Shown here piece by piece: positions 24,167 through 35,168 of a stretch of 64,000 nucleotides of DNA; positions within the stretch are counted from its first letter, which is position 1, and every line of letters starts with the position of its first letter. The notes beneath the pieces were generated by a model. The model did no database searches. It had not been told where the DNA came from and saw only the letters and a list, made by a program, of their open reading frames with translations. Origin of the DNA: Escherichia coli (lineage in GTDB: Bacteria; Pseudomonadota; Gammaproteobacteria; Enterobacterales; Enterobacteriaceae); NCBI RefSeq assembly GCF_003334815.1, contig NZ_QOWO01000019.1. One strand, written 5' to 3'. Made by a program: the position numbers and the translations under genes.

Positions 24167-25111
24167 ATGCTAACATTTTTTATTGGCGATTTATTGCCTA
24201 TTATCGTAATCATGCTGTTGGGTTATTTTAGCGGCAGACGAGAAACATTTTCAGAAGATCAAGCTCGGGCATTTAATAAACTGGTATTAAACTACGCGCT
24301 TCCTGCGGCTCTATTTGTATCTATTACTCGGGCAAACAGGGAAATGATTTTTGCGGACACTCGTCTGACCCTTGTATCACTTGTGGTTATTGTCGGATGT
24401 TTCTTTTTCTCCTGGTTCGGTTGCTACAAATTTTTTAAACGTACCCATGCAGAAGCAGCTGTATGTGCATTAATTGCAGGTTCACCTACCATTGGATTCC
24501 TGGGGTTTGCAGTTCTCGATCCTATTTATGGTGATTCCGTATCAACAGGTTTAGTGGTAGCAATTATTTCTATTATTGTTAACGCAATTACTATTCCTAT
24601 TGGTCTGTATTTGCTGAATCCTTCTTCAGGAGCGGATGGTAAGAAGAATAGTAATCTGAGCGCATTAATTTCTGCGGCAAAGGAGCCAGTAGTATGGGCA
24701 CCTGTTCTGGCAACGATCCTGGTGTTGGTTGGGGTAAAAATTCCGGCAGCATGGGACCCAACCTTTAATCTGATTGCGAAGGCTAACTCAGGGGTAGCGG
24801 TATTCGCTGCGGGGTTGACTCTGGCTGCACATAAATTCGAGTTCAGTGCCGAAATTGCTTATAACACCTTCCTGAAGCTGATTCTGATGCCACTGGCACT
24901 GCTTCTCGTTGGTATGGCATGTCATTTGAACAGCGAACATCTGCAGATGATGGTACTGGCAGGCGCATTACCGCCGGCATTCTCCGGAATCATTATTGCC
25001 AGCCGGTTTAATGTCTACACCCGTACTGGTACAGCGTCATTGGCTGTGAGCGTACTGGGCTTTGTCGTCACGGCTCCCTTGTGGATTTATGTCAGTCGAC
25101 TGGTTTCATAA
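24167..25111 (+). CDS. yfdV: Putative AEC-family transporter YfdV, 314 aa
   Basis: Polytopic membrane ORF of exact expected length between oxc and yfdE. Confidence 0.9.
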
Positions 25112-25139
25112 TTAATCATGTTATTGATTTTACATAAAT

Positions 25140-25170
25140 GCCGAAGTGTCTTTTCACCTTCGGCTTTTTT
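25140..25170 (+). terminator. Intrinsic-terminator-like hairpin between yfdV and yfdE
   Basis: gccgaag-tgtcttttcac-cttcggc followed by tttttt; the T-tract ends about 15 nt before the yfdE ATG. Confidence 0.6.
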
Positions 25171-25184
25171 CAAGGCATAAGCAA

Positions 25185-26330
25185 ATGACAAATAATGAAA
25201 GCAAAGGGCCGTTTGAAGGCTTATTAGTTATCGATATGACACATGTCCTTAATGGACCTTTCGGAACTCAACTTCTTTGTAATATGGGCGCAAGGGTAAT
25301 TAAAGTTGAGCCGCCGGGTCATGGTGATGATACCCGCACATTTGGTCCCTATGTGGATGGACAGTCACTCTATTACAGTTTTATTAATCATGGCAAAGAG
25401 AGTGTGGTTCTTGATTTAAAGAATGATCACGATAAAAGTATATTTATAAATATGCTCAAACAAGCTGATGTATTAGCTGAGAATTTTCGCCCAGGTACAA
25501 TGGAAAAACTGGGGTTTTCATGGGAAACGCTTCAAGAAATCAACCCGCGCCTCATATATGCTTCATCGTCAGGTTTCGGACATACCGGTCCGCTAAAAGA
25601 TGCTCCTGCCTACGATACCATCATTCAGGCAATGAGCGGGATAATGATGGAAACAGGATATCCTGATGCTCCGCCAGTGCGCGTTGGTACATCTCTTGCG
25701 GATCTATGCGGCGGTGTCTATTTATTCAGCGGAATAGTGAGTGCACTTTATGGCCGCGAAAAGAGCCAGAGAGGGGCGCATGTCGATATAGCGATGTTTG
25801 ATGCCACGCTGAGTTTTCTGGAGCATGGTCTGATGGCATATATCGCAACTGGGAAGTCACCACAACGTCTGGGAAATCGCCATCCCTACATGGCACCTTT
25901 TGATGTTTTCAATACTCAGGATAAGCCGATTACGATTTGTTGTGGTAATGACAAGCTTTTTTCTGCGTTATGCCAGGCACTGGAGCTTACGGAACTGGTT
26001 AATGATCCCCGATTTAGCAGCAATATTTTACGCGTACAAAACCAGGCTATTCTTAAACAATATATTGAGCGGACGTTAAAAACGCAGGCAGCTGAAGTTT
26101 GGTTAGCCAGAATACATGAAGTTGGTGTACCCGTCGCGCCGTTATTAAGTGTGGCTGAGGCCATTAAATTGCCACAAACTCAGGCGAGAAATATGTTGAT
26201 TGAAGCCGGGGGAATAATGATGCCGGGTAATCCGATAAAAATCAGCGGCTGCGCGGACCCGCATGTTATGCCGGGAGCGGCAACGCTCGACCAGCATGGG
26301 GAACAAATTCGCCAGGAGTTCTCATCATAA
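25185..26330 (+). CDS. yfdE: Acetyl-CoA:oxalate CoA-transferase YfdE (family III CoA-transferase), 381 aa
   Basis: ORF 25146..26330 is extended; known start MTNNESKGPFEGLLVIDMTHVLNGP at ATG 25185; paralog of Frc. Confidence 0.93.
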   Translation: MTNNESKGPFEGLLVIDMTHVLNGPFGTQLLCNMGARVIKVEPPGHGDDTRTFGPYVDGQSLYYSFINHGKESVVLDLKNDHDKSIFINMLKQADVLAENFRPGTMEKLGFSWETLQEINPRLIYASSSGFGHTGPLKDAPAYDTIIQAMSGIMMETGYPDAPPVRVGTSLADLCGGVYLFSGIVSALYGREKSQRGAHVDIAMFDATLSFLEHGLMAYIATGKSPQRLGNRHPYMAPFDVFNTQDKPITICCGNDKLFSALCQALELTELVNDPRFSSNILRVQNQAILKQYIERTLKTQAAEVWLARIHEVGVPVAPLLSVAEAIKLPQTQARNMLIEAGGIMMPGNPIKISGCADPHVMPGAATLDQHGEQIRQEFSS

Positions 26331-26352
26331 ATGTAAGATGTGCTGGTAAATA

Positions 26353-26379
26353 GCTCCCACATTTGAACATTGTGGGAGC
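26353..26379. terminator. Bidirectional hairpin between convergent yfdE and evgS
   Basis: gctcccaca-tttgaacat-tgtgggagc: 9-bp perfect stem in the 55-nt convergent spacer. Confidence 0.6.
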
Positions 26380-26385
26380 CGCTAT

Positions 26386-29300
26386 TTAGTCATTTTTCTG
26401 ACAGAAAACAGCAATCTCCTGGTCCAGCTCTGCAATGTGTTCTTTTACAGAGTTCAGCAACTGAAGAATTTCAGGCTTACTGTCATCTGAAACAGGTGTT
26501 ATTTCTAACTGATGGCTAATATTAATCAACTTTTGCAAATTCAGGATGTTAGCCGCACCGTGGATGCGATGAATACACTGATGGAAAGTTCTGTTATCGC
26601 CAGCTTCTAGTGCTTGAAACGCAGCGGGTAGATCTTTATGCGTTTCATGCTGGAAAGTCATGAGAATCTCCTGCATCAGTTGTAGATCGTTCGCCGTATT
26701 ATTTTTCAGGGCTTCGATATCAAGGTGGCGATACTGAGGTGCAATATGCGCAACTTGGTGTAACTGACTTAAATGTGTTTTCAGTACATCCAGGGTCAAC
26801 GGTTTGAACAAACATAAGTTCATGCCGCAACTTAACCCTTTTTCACGTTCGTTAGCCTGTGCGTTGGCTGTAAGCCCCCAGATGGGTAAGGAAGAATTTT
26901 GCTCACGGAGTTTGCGAGTCAACTCAAAACCATCCATATTCGGCATATTAACGTCAGTAATAAGCAGATCATAATGTTGCATACTGACTTTGTGTAGCGC
27001 TTGCACACCATCAGTGGCTTCATCAACATCATATCCTAATAGATTTAGCTGGCGTTTGAGTAATAGCCTGTTGGTCGGATGATCATCCGCGATTAATATG
27101 CTCAACTTTTCAGGTAGTGTGATGGGTTGTTCTGCTTTTGCCTCGACAGTCGCCACTTGCTGGCTAATTTCTACCGGGATTGTGATCGTAAATGTTGTTC
27201 CTATGCCTGGATGACTTTCTAATGACAAATCGCCCTGCATATTTTTAATTAATTCTTTGCAGATCATTAAGCCTAAACCAGAACCTGTTTGCTGACGACC
27301 TGCACTTGTTTGGCTGTAGCGTTTAAACAGTTGTTGTTGTTCTTCCTGCGATAATCCACTTCCAGAATCCATAATCGTCATTTTGATAACAGCGTGGTTG
27401 TCATCAATGTGACCCAGGGAGGTCGTAATTTTTACTGCCCCCTCGGTGGTAAATTTGAGAGCATTACTCAGTAAATTTGATAAGACCTGCTTAAACGCCT
27501 GAGGGTCGATCTTAACCAGGTAATGTTCAGGAAACGTACTGCTGCAACTTAATGCGATCGATTTGCTTGCAGCAATCGCACCGAAAGAGTGACAAGTGTT
27601 CTGGACTAAAGTAGGGATATCGACCCATTGTGGTTGAAGTTGATAGTTACCCGATTCAATTTTGTCGACATCAAGGATTTCACCAATTAAGCCGAGGAGT
27701 GATTGTCCGGTGGCGTAGGCAAGTGAAATCGCCTCCACCCGTTGCTCCTTGCTAAGACCAGAACCCGACAGAAGTTCCAGGAAGCCCATAATAGAGCTTA
27801 TTGGTGTTCTTATTTCGTGACTCATCGTTGCCAGAAACTGACTTTTTGCTACGGTAGCCTTTATCGCTTTATTTTTTTCTACCTCGAGTGCATTAATTAG
27901 ATCACGCGTTTCAGTAATATCTTGCCAACCACAAATATATACTGCATTGTCACTTGCAGGAAGTTTGCATAATGTATGCCAGTGATTAATGCATCTTTTC
28001 TCGATGCCATTATCAATTTCAAATACCTGTGTGTATATTGTTCGATTTTCTTTCGTTTCTGCTGTGACTTCATGCGCATTAGAAAAAACATCTTTAAAGG
28101 GTGAGTCACTGTTTTCTAATGGTAACATTGCATTTTTGTAGTAATCCGCAGTGAAATAATGTTCAAAAGCACTATTATGACTAATGACATTACCTTGCCA
28201 GTTTACAACATAAGTTGGATTCGGTAAGGAATCCGAGAGTGCTTTTCGGAATGATATTTGGTTTTCTAAATCACCCTGAATGACTTTACGACGACGAACT
28301 GAGCGTAACAGGTAGAATCCCCATAAAAGGCTACTGCCAACTAATAAAACGGATAATGTCGTAACAATATAAAATTGCTCGCTATATAGGTCCCATGTGT
28401 CAATGGTCACATTGGGCATTTTAATCCATTTTTCCGTCAGGCGCAGAACTTCGCTTGGGGGAATTGCATTCAGTGCTTTATTAATAATATCCTTAAGTTC
28501 CGGTTCTCCGCGAGGAAAAGCGAACGAAAGCGATGCATTCGGAACGCCAGGAATAAGAAAATGATAAAGTTCATTAGGATAGTAATGATCGATCATGTAA
28601 CGCGAATTTAGCTGTGTCGCGACCAGAGCATCAAGTTCACCTTCCTTAACCTTGTGAAATGCAGCGCTGGCATTATCGACCTGTATCCATTCAACCTCCG
28701 GATACATCTCTTTTAATTGCGAATGCAGCTCATAATAATATGGAATGGCAACTTTCATTCCTTTTTTTAATGTTTGTTCACTGTCAGGCGCTTTTTGCAT
28801 GACAAAAACGTAAGGCGTTGTTATGAAGGCTTCAGCAAATAAAACATTATTTTCTCGATCTTCACTATAAATAGCGCCAGGTATTATATCCCATCCTCCG
28901 GGGCTAAGCTGTGTTCCAGCATGGATATTGTGTGAAACGGTGATCGGAGAAAAATTTAAACCTGTTTGCAAGGTAATAATATTAAGAATGTCCCCCATAA
29001 CGCCCCGAACCGAGCCATTTTCATCCGTCATAGAATAGGGGGGCGAGTAAGGATTTTCCAGCACCTTTAAATTGGGATGCTGCTTAATCCACTGTTTTTC
29101 ATGTTCAGTGAGTTCTAATGGTTTGTTCAGAAAGGCCAGGTTTCCTGTATCAAGCCAATTTTGTGATACTTCATAGCGAACTTCATTTGTTAAAGCATCA
29201 ACAAATCTATTGAGTACTTCATTAAGAATGACAGATTCTTTTCTGGTCAAGAAAAAATTATATTGACGCGGCGAGTTATAATATTTCACTACATTTAAGG

Positions 29301-29979
29301 AGTGAGTGAAATAGCGGGAAATCATACTGCTGGTAATGATGTTACTACCAATAAAGTAATCATTGTGCCCAGCTGAGACGGATGCTAATGCCTGATATAA
29401 ATTTGTAAAAGAGATAATTGTTGCTTTTGGAAATGATTGATGAATTACCTCGTCTGGGGGGTAATTTGCTACCCGAGCAATATTTACTGGTTTTGGTGAG
29501 GTAAGCGGTCGCATTGAGTCGTGAAGGGTGGTTACCAGCGCCGGAAAGGTAATTATCAATGGTTTGGTTGCAGCAATGTCATTATTAAGAGGCGGCGAAG
29601 TAACTAAATGTGATAACACTATATCGACTTCACCTTCTGCAAGCGCGTCCATTGCTTTTTGATGATCTGCGTATTCCCGGAGTGTTAATTTGATATTTAA
29701 CGCTCTTTTTAAAAGATTTAAATAATCAGCATTAATACCACGAACCCGTTGCTGCGAATCGGTATGCAACAACGTAGCCGTTTGGGACTTATGTACTGCA
29801 ATCACAAGATTTTTTTTGCTCGCTAACCAACGTAATTCCTTGTTGCTCAGACGTAGTGGATCAAGTGTGACACGGTTGTTACTACTGATGCCACGATATT
29901 CGATGTAATCTTCGTCTGCGAAACTTATGGTCGACCAAAGACCACAACAGAGAAGAAAAATATAGGGTAAAAACTTCAT
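26386..29979 (-). CDS. evgS: Hybrid sensor histidine kinase EvgS (BvgS-like; two periplasmic PBP domains, PAS, HisKA, HATPase, receiver, HPt), 1197 aa
   Basis: Full-length ORF; H-box SHEIRTP, receiver domain and C-terminal HPt; low GC content. Confidence 0.96.
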   Translation of the reverse strand: MKFLPYIFLLCCGLWSTISFADEDYIEYRGISSNNRVTLDPLRLSNKELRWLASKKNLVIAVHKSQTATLLHTDSQQRVRGINADYLNLLKRALNIKLTLREYADHQKAMDALAEGEVDIVLSHLVTSPPLNNDIAATKPLIITFPALVTTLHDSMRPLTSPKPVNIARVANYPPDEVIHQSFPKATIISFTNLYQALASVSAGHNDYFIGSNIITSSMISRYFTHSLNVVKYYNSPRQYNFFLTRKESVILNEVLNRFVDALTNEVRYEVSQNWLDTGNLAFLNKPLELTEHEKQWIKQHPNLKVLENPYSPPYSMTDENGSVRGVMGDILNIITLQTGLNFSPITVSHNIHAGTQLSPGGWDIIPGAIYSEDRENNVLFAEAFITTPYVFVMQKAPDSEQTLKKGMKVAIPYYYELHSQLKEMYPEVEWIQVDNASAAFHKVKEGELDALVATQLNSRYMIDHYYPNELYHFLIPGVPNASLSFAFPRGEPELKDIINKALNAIPPSEVLRLTEKWIKMPNVTIDTWDLYSEQFYIVTTLSVLLVGSSLLWGFYLLRSVRRRKVIQGDLENQISFRKALSDSLPNPTYVVNWQGNVISHNSAFEHYFTADYYKNAMLPLENSDSPFKDVFSNAHEVTAETKENRTIYTQVFEIDNGIEKRCINHWHTLCKLPASDNAVYICGWQDITETRDLINALEVEKNKAIKATVAKSQFLATMSHEIRTPISSIMGFLELLSGSGLSKEQRVEAISLAYATGQSLLGLIGEILDVDKIESGNYQLQPQWVDIPTLVQNTCHSFGAIAASKSIALSCSSTFPEHYLVKIDPQAFKQVLSNLLSNALKFTTEGAVKITTSLGHIDDNHAVIKMTIMDSGSGLSQEEQQQLFKRYSQTSAGRQQTGSGLGLMICKELIKNMQGDLSLESHPGIGTTFTITIPVEISQQVATVEAKAEQPITLPEKLSILIADDHPTNRLLLKRQLNLLGYDVDEATDGVQALHKVSMQHYDLLITDVNMPNMDGFELTRKLREQNSSLPIWGLTANAQANEREKGLSCGMNLCLFKPLTLDVLKTHLSQLHQVAHIAPQYRHLDIEALKNNTANDLQLMQEILMTFQHETHKDLPAAFQALEAGDNRTFHQCIHRIHGAANILNLQKLINISHQLEITPVSDDSKPEILQLLNSVKEHIAELDQEIAVFCQKND

Positions 29980-29983
29980 GTGG

Positions 29984-30598
29984 TTAGCCGATTTTGTTAC
30001 GTTGTGCGAATGTGTAAAGATCCATCAGTGATTTACATTCTAATTTTTCCATCAGGCGACTTTTATAAGTGCTGACAGTTTTGTTGCTGATGAACATTTT
30101 TTCAGCAATGTCATTATTATCCTTGCCATCAAGAATATACCGCATGACACTAATTTCTTGTTTCGATAAGGAGTCGAGTTTTTGCTGGTCGGACGTTAAA
30201 CTTCCAACAAACCGGTTGAGAGAGAAGGGGAAATAGCAGTAGCCATTTTTTGCAGCTTCAATAGCCGCAATGATATTGTTCATGCCTTCTTTTTTACTCA
30301 CGAAACCATTAGCGCCAGCATCAGCACAATGTTTCCCGTAAAAATGGTCATTTTTAGCGGAGACGATAATAATAATTCCGCTATATTGGCGCTTCCTCAG
30401 CGTTTCTAACACCTGGATACCGTTAACTCCGGGGATATCGACATCAATGATGACGATATCAGGCTTAAGTGTTTCCACCCGCTGAACGGCACTTCCGCCT
30501 TCAGTCAACTCTGCTAAGATTTCAATATCGTTTTTGATCAATAAATTACGAATTGCTGCGATAGCAAGAGGATGGTCATCAATAATTATTGCGTTCAT
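29984..30598 (-). CDS. evgA: Response regulator EvgA (NarL/LuxR family), 204 aa
   Basis: Receiver domain (MNAIIIDDHPLA...D) and C-terminal LuxR-type HTH; 4 nt downstream of evgS. Confidence 0.96.
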   Translation of the reverse strand: MNAIIIDDHPLAIAAIRNLLIKNDIEILAELTEGGSAVQRVETLKPDIVIIDVDIPGVNGIQVLETLRKRQYSGIIIIVSAKNDHFYGKHCADAGANGFVSKKEGMNNIIAAIEAAKNGYCYFPFSLNRFVGSLTSDQQKLDSLSKQEISVMRYILDGKDNNDIAEKMFISNKTVSTYKSRLMEKLECKSLMDLYTFAQRNKIG

Positions 30599-30822
30599 AG
30601 ATTATTCCCTTTGCAATGAAGCATCTCCCTTCTCCCTGTAGTAATACAGACATAAGGCGTCATCTCATTTTCTCAATAAAAATAAGAAAATCTGAGCTTC
30701 CTTTAAGATAATTCGACAAGTATACCATATAAATAGTCGGCATAAATGAAATGTCAACAATAAAATCAGGGATTGTACCGATGATTTATAGTTTCAAGTT
30801 GGCACTATAAGTCTTCTTACTA

Positions 30823-30840
30823 ATCCTACAGGCGTAAGAA
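30823..30840. promoter_or_regulatory. EvgA box in the evgA–emrK divergent region
   Basis: atcctaca-gg-cgtaagaa fits TTCPyTACA-N2-TGTAPuGAA with two mismatches; lies between the divergent evgA and emrK starts. Confidence 0.6.
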
Positions 30841-31013
30841 TTGTATTGCAAAAGCCACGGTTTAGTCCTCTGTTGTTTTTTTTGCACCTCATTTAAATTA
30901 GGCCTCCAACGTTCCTGGGATAATGTGCAACACATGCACTGTGTTTGATATGAAGAATGAATGCTCTTTTCATTCAATTCATAAATTTCATCTATGAGAA
31001 ATGAGAGATAATA

Positions 31014-32177
31014 GTGGAACAGATTAATTCAAATAAAAAACATTCTAACAGAAGAAAATACTTTTCTTTATTGGCGGTAGTTTTATTTATTGCGTTTTCA
31101 GGTGCCTATGCCTATTGGTCAATGGAATTAGAAGACATGATTAGTACAGATGACGCCTATGTCACGGGGAATGCAGATCCAATTTCTGCACAAGTCTCAG
31201 GTAGTGTCACTGTCGTTAATCATAAAGATACGAACTACGTTCGACAAGGTGACATTTTAGTTTCACTGGATAAAACTGATGCCACTATCGCACTCAATAA
31301 AGCTAAAAATAATCTGGCAAATATTGTTCGGCAAACGAATAAACTATACTTACAGGATAAACAATACAGTGCCGAAGTCGCTTCAGCACGTATTCAGTAT
31401 CAACAATCTTTAGAAGATTATAACCGTCGAGTGCCGTTAGCGAAGCAGGGGGTTATTTCAAAAGAAACGCTGGAGCATACCAAAGATACGTTAATAAGTA
31501 GCAAAGCGGCATTGAATGCCGCTATCCAGGCTTATAAAGCGAATAAAGCTTTAGTAATGAACACACCATTAAACCGTCAGCCACAAGTCGTTGAAGCGGC
31601 GGATGCAACTAAAGAAGCCTGGTTGGCGCTTAAACGTACGGATATTAAGAGTCCGGTTACCGGCTATATTGCCCAGAGAAGTGTTCAGGTCGGCGAAACA
31701 GTGAGCCCCGGACAATCGTTAATGGCTGTCGTACCGGCACGTCAAATGTGGGTTAATGCCAACTTTAAAGAAACACAACTCACGGATGTACGGATTGGTC
31801 AATCGGTCAATATTATCAGCGATCTTTATGGTGAAAATGTTGTGTTTCATGGTCGGGTGACAGGGATCAATATGGGAACCGGCAATGCGTTCTCCTTATT
31901 ACCTGCACAAAATGCGACAGGGAACTGGATCAAAATCGTTCAGCGTGTACCGGTTGAAGTTTCTCTTGATCCAAAAGAACTCATGGAACACCCCTTGCGT
32001 ATTGGTTTATCGATGACAGCAACTATTGATACGAAGAACGAAGACATTGCCGAGATGCCTGAGCTGGCTTCAACCGTGACCTCCATGCCGGCTTATACCA
32101 GTAAGGCTTTAGTTATCGATACCAGTCCGATAGAAAAAGAAATTAGCAACATTATTTCGCATAATGGACAACTTTAA
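31014..32177 (+). CDS. emrK: Multidrug efflux membrane-fusion protein EmrK (EmrA paralog), 387 aa
   Basis: HlyD-family adaptor with an N-terminal TM anchor; GTG start in the ORF track; stop overlaps the emrY start. Confidence 0.92.
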   Translation: MEQINSNKKHSNRRKYFSLLAVVLFIAFSGAYAYWSMELEDMISTDDAYVTGNADPISAQVSGSVTVVNHKDTNYVRQGDILVSLDKTDATIALNKAKNNLANIVRQTNKLYLQDKQYSAEVASARIQYQQSLEDYNRRVPLAKQGVISKETLEHTKDTLISSKAALNAAIQAYKANKALVMNTPLNRQPQVVEAADATKEAWLALKRTDIKSPVTGYIAQRSVQVGETVSPGQSLMAVVPARQMWVNANFKETQLTDVRIGQSVNIISDLYGENVVFHGRVTGINMGTGNAFSLLPAQNATGNWIKIVQRVPVEVSLDPKELMEHPLRIGLSMTATIDTKNEDIAEMPELASTVTSMPAYTSKALVIDTSPIEKEISNIISHNGQL

Positions 32178-33715
32178 TGGCAATCACTAAATCAACTCCG
32201 GCACCATTAACCGGTGGGACGTTATGGTGCGTCACTATTGCATTGTCATTAGCGACATTTATGCAAATGTTGGATTCCACTATTTCTAACGTCGCAATAC
32301 CGACAATATCTGGCTTTCTGGGAGCATCAACAGACGAAGGCACCTGGGTTATCACCTCGTTTGGTGTAGCAAATGCCATTGCGATCCCTGTTACTGGCAG
32401 GTTGGCACAAAGAATAGGCGAATTAAGATTATTTTTACTTTCAGTCACTTTTTTTTCGCTGTCTTCATTAATGTGTAGCCTATCGACCAATCTTGATGTG
32501 CTGATATTTTTTAGAGTCGTTCAGGGGTTAATGGCGGGGCCGTTAATTCCACTGTCACAGAGTTTATTATTAAGGAATTATCCGCCAGAAAAAAGAACAT
32601 TTGCTCTGGCATTATGGTCAATGACCGTGATTATCGCTCCGATATGTGGGCCGATATTGGGCGGTTATATTTGTGATAACTTTAGCTGGGGTTGGATATT
32701 TTTAATCAATGTCCCTATGGGGATTATCGTCCTGACATTATGCTTAACCTTACTTAAAGGAAGAGAAACTGAGACTTCACCGGTCAAAATGAATCTACCA
32801 GGACTGACCCTGTTAGTGCTCGGTGTTGGTGGCTTGCAAATTATGCTTGATAAAGGGCGCGATCTGGATTGGTTCAACTCGAGTACAATAATAATATTAA
32901 CAGTAGTATCAGTTATTTCTCTGATCTCTTTAGTCATTTGGGAGTCGACCTCAGAGAACCCGATTCTTGATCTCAGTTTGTTTAAGTCCCGTAACTTCAC
33001 CATTGGTATTGTGAGTATCACATGCGCGTATTTATTTTACTCTGGAGCGATCGTCCTTATGCCGCAGTTACTCCAGGAAACGATGGGGTATAATGCGATA
33101 TGGGCCGGACTTGCTTATGCGCCCATCGGCATCATGCCACTATTAATTTCACCTTTGATAGGACGTTATGGCAACAAAATAGACATGCGGTTGTTAGTGA
33201 CATTTAGTTTTTTGATGTATGCGGTTTGCTATTACTGGCGTTCTGTGACATTTATGCCAACGATTGATTTTACAGGCATCATTTTGCCGCAGTTTTTTCA
33301 GGGATTCGCCGTTGCCTGTTTCTTTTTACCCTTAACAACGATTTCGTTTTCAGGCTTGCCAGATAATAAATTTGCCAATGCCTCGAGTATGAGTAATTTT
33401 TTTCGTACCTTGTCAGGATCAGTTGGTACGTCGTTGACAATGACGCTGTGGGGACGACGCGAATCGTTACACCATAGTCAGTTGACAGCAACCATCGATC
33501 AATTTAACCCCGTGTTTAATTCATCGTCACAAATTATGGATAAATATTATGGTTCGCTTTCAGGAGTTCTTAATGAAATTAATAATGAAATAACCCAGCA
33601 GTCACTTTCTATTTCTGCAAATGAGATTTTCCGTATGGCGGCTATTGCTTTTATCTTACTTACGGTTTTGGTTTGGTTTGCGAAACCGCCGTTTACAGCG
33701 AAAGGCGTTGGGTGA
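32177..33715 (+). CDS. emrY: MFS multidrug efflux pump EmrY (EmrB paralog, 14-TMS DHA2), 512 aa
   Basis: Full-length polytopic MFS ORF coupled to emrK. Confidence 0.94.
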   Translation: MAITKSTPAPLTGGTLWCVTIALSLATFMQMLDSTISNVAIPTISGFLGASTDEGTWVITSFGVANAIAIPVTGRLAQRIGELRLFLLSVTFFSLSSLMCSLSTNLDVLIFFRVVQGLMAGPLIPLSQSLLLRNYPPEKRTFALALWSMTVIIAPICGPILGGYICDNFSWGWIFLINVPMGIIVLTLCLTLLKGRETETSPVKMNLPGLTLLVLGVGGLQIMLDKGRDLDWFNSSTIIILTVVSVISLISLVIWESTSENPILDLSLFKSRNFTIGIVSITCAYLFYSGAIVLMPQLLQETMGYNAIWAGLAYAPIGIMPLLISPLIGRYGNKIDMRLLVTFSFLMYAVCYYWRSVTFMPTIDFTGIILPQFFQGFAVACFFLPLTTISFSGLPDNKFANASSMSNFFRTLSGSVGTSLTMTLWGRRESLHHSQLTATIDQFNPVFNSSSQIMDKYYGSLSGVLNEINNEITQQSLSISANEIFRMAAIAFILLTVLVWFAKPPFTAKGVG

Positions 33716-33822
33716 TGATAAAAGGAGGGGGTTATAGCGGGTAAGACCGGGGATCTTAAGTCTGCGCCATCGGCAGCATCGCTCACCCAGGGAAAGGATT
33801 GCGATGCTGCGTTGAAACGTTA

Positions 33823-35151
33823 TTAACGGCCTTTTGCCAGATATTGATTCATCTCTTCTTCCGGCACCATTCCACCTCCCGTCGCCCACACCAGATGAGT
33901 GGTATTACGCAGTTGTTCTGCGCTGAAACCGTGCATCTGTTGGTAACTTACTGATGCACACACGCGCTGAGGTCCGGCCATACCCGCCAGTGCCGAAGGT
34001 TCAAGACGAATACCTTCTTCCTGCGCCAGCCAGCCAAGCATGTCATACATGGTTTGATCGCTAAGGGTATAGAAGCCATCCAGCAGACGCTCCATTGCCC
34101 GCCCGACAAAGCCTGATGCGCGACCAACTGCAAGGCCATCCGCTGCGGTAAGGTTGTCGATACCAATATCCTGAACAGAAATCTGATCGTGTAATCCTGT
34201 ATGGACGCCTAACAACATACAAGGGGAGTGCGTTGGTTCGGCAAAAAAGCAGTGAACATGATCGCCAAACGCCAGTTTAAGCCCGAATGCGACGCCACCA
34301 GGACCACCGCCAACACCACACGGCAGATAGACAAACAGAGGGTTATCAGCATCGACGATACGGCCTTGCTGGGCAAATTGCGCTTTAAGACGCTGGCCAG
34401 CGACGGAATACCCAAGGAACAACGTGCGGGAATTTTCGTCATCAATAAAGAAACAGTTCGGGTCAGACTGCGCTGCTTTACGTCCTTCCTCGACGGCAAC
34501 ACCATAATCTTGCTCATATTCCACGACCGTAACGCCATGGCTGCGCAGTTTCGCTTTTTTCCATGCCCGGGCATCAGCAGACATATGAACTGTCACCTTA
34601 AAGCCAATGCGGGCGCTCATAATGCCGATTGATAACCCCAGATTTCCGGTTGAGCCCACAGCAATGCTGTATTGGCTAAAGAACTGTTTAAACTCCGGAG
34701 AAAGCAGTTTGCTGTAGTCATCATCAAGCGTCAGCAACCCCGCTTCCAGAGCCAGTTTTTCTGCGTGTGCCAGGACTTCATAAATCCCGCCGCGTGCTTT
34801 TATGGAGCCGGAAATGGGCAAATGGCTATCTTTTTTCAGTAACAGTTGCCCGCTGATCGGTTGCTGATATTCTTTTTCCAGCCGTTTTTGCATAGCTGGA
34901 ATGGCAACCAGTTCTGATTCAATAATCCCCCCAGTGGCAGCAGTTTCAGGAAATGCTTTTGCCAGATAGGGTGCAAAACGGGATAAGCGCGCATGGGCGT
35001 CCTGAACATCCTGTTCGGTCAGGCCAACATAAGGTAAACCTTCAGCCAATGAGGTCGTGCCAGGATTAAACCAGGTGGTTTCTTTAAGAGCAACCAGATC
35101 CTTTACCAACGGATACTGGGCGATGAGCGAGTTCATTTTAGCGTTTTCCAT
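33823..35151 (-). CDS. dsdA: D-serine ammonia-lyase (dehydratase) DsdA, PLP-dependent, 442 aa
   Basis: Full-length match ([34 protein letters not shown]-lysine motif SGSIKARGG). Confidence 0.96.
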   Translation of the reverse strand: MENAKMNSLIAQYPLVKDLVALKETTWFNPGTTSLAEGLPYVGLTEQDVQDAHARLSRFAPYLAKAFPETAATGGIIESELVAIPAMQKRLEKEYQQPISGQLLLKKDSHLPISGSIKARGGIYEVLAHAEKLALEAGLLTLDDDYSKLLSPEFKQFFSQYSIAVGSTGNLGLSIGIMSARIGFKVTVHMSADARAWKKAKLRSHGVTVVEYEQDYGVAVEEGRKAAQSDPNCFFIDDENSRTLFLGYSVAGQRLKAQFAQQGRIVDADNPLFVYLPCGVGGGPGGVAFGLKLAFGDHVHCFFAEPTHSPCMLLGVHTGLHDQISVQDIGIDNLTAADGLAVGRASGFVGRAMERLLDGFYTLSDQTMYDMLGWLAQEEGIRLEPSALAGMAGPQRVCASVSYQQMHGFSAEQLRNTTHLVWATGGGMVPEEEMNQYLAKGR

Positions 35152-35168
35152 AGTACGTCTCTTTGCGC

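Noticed and set aside
30786..30977. 63-aa ORF in the evgA–emrK divergent region
   Set aside because: It overlaps the EvgA box and promoter region and has no support as a gene.
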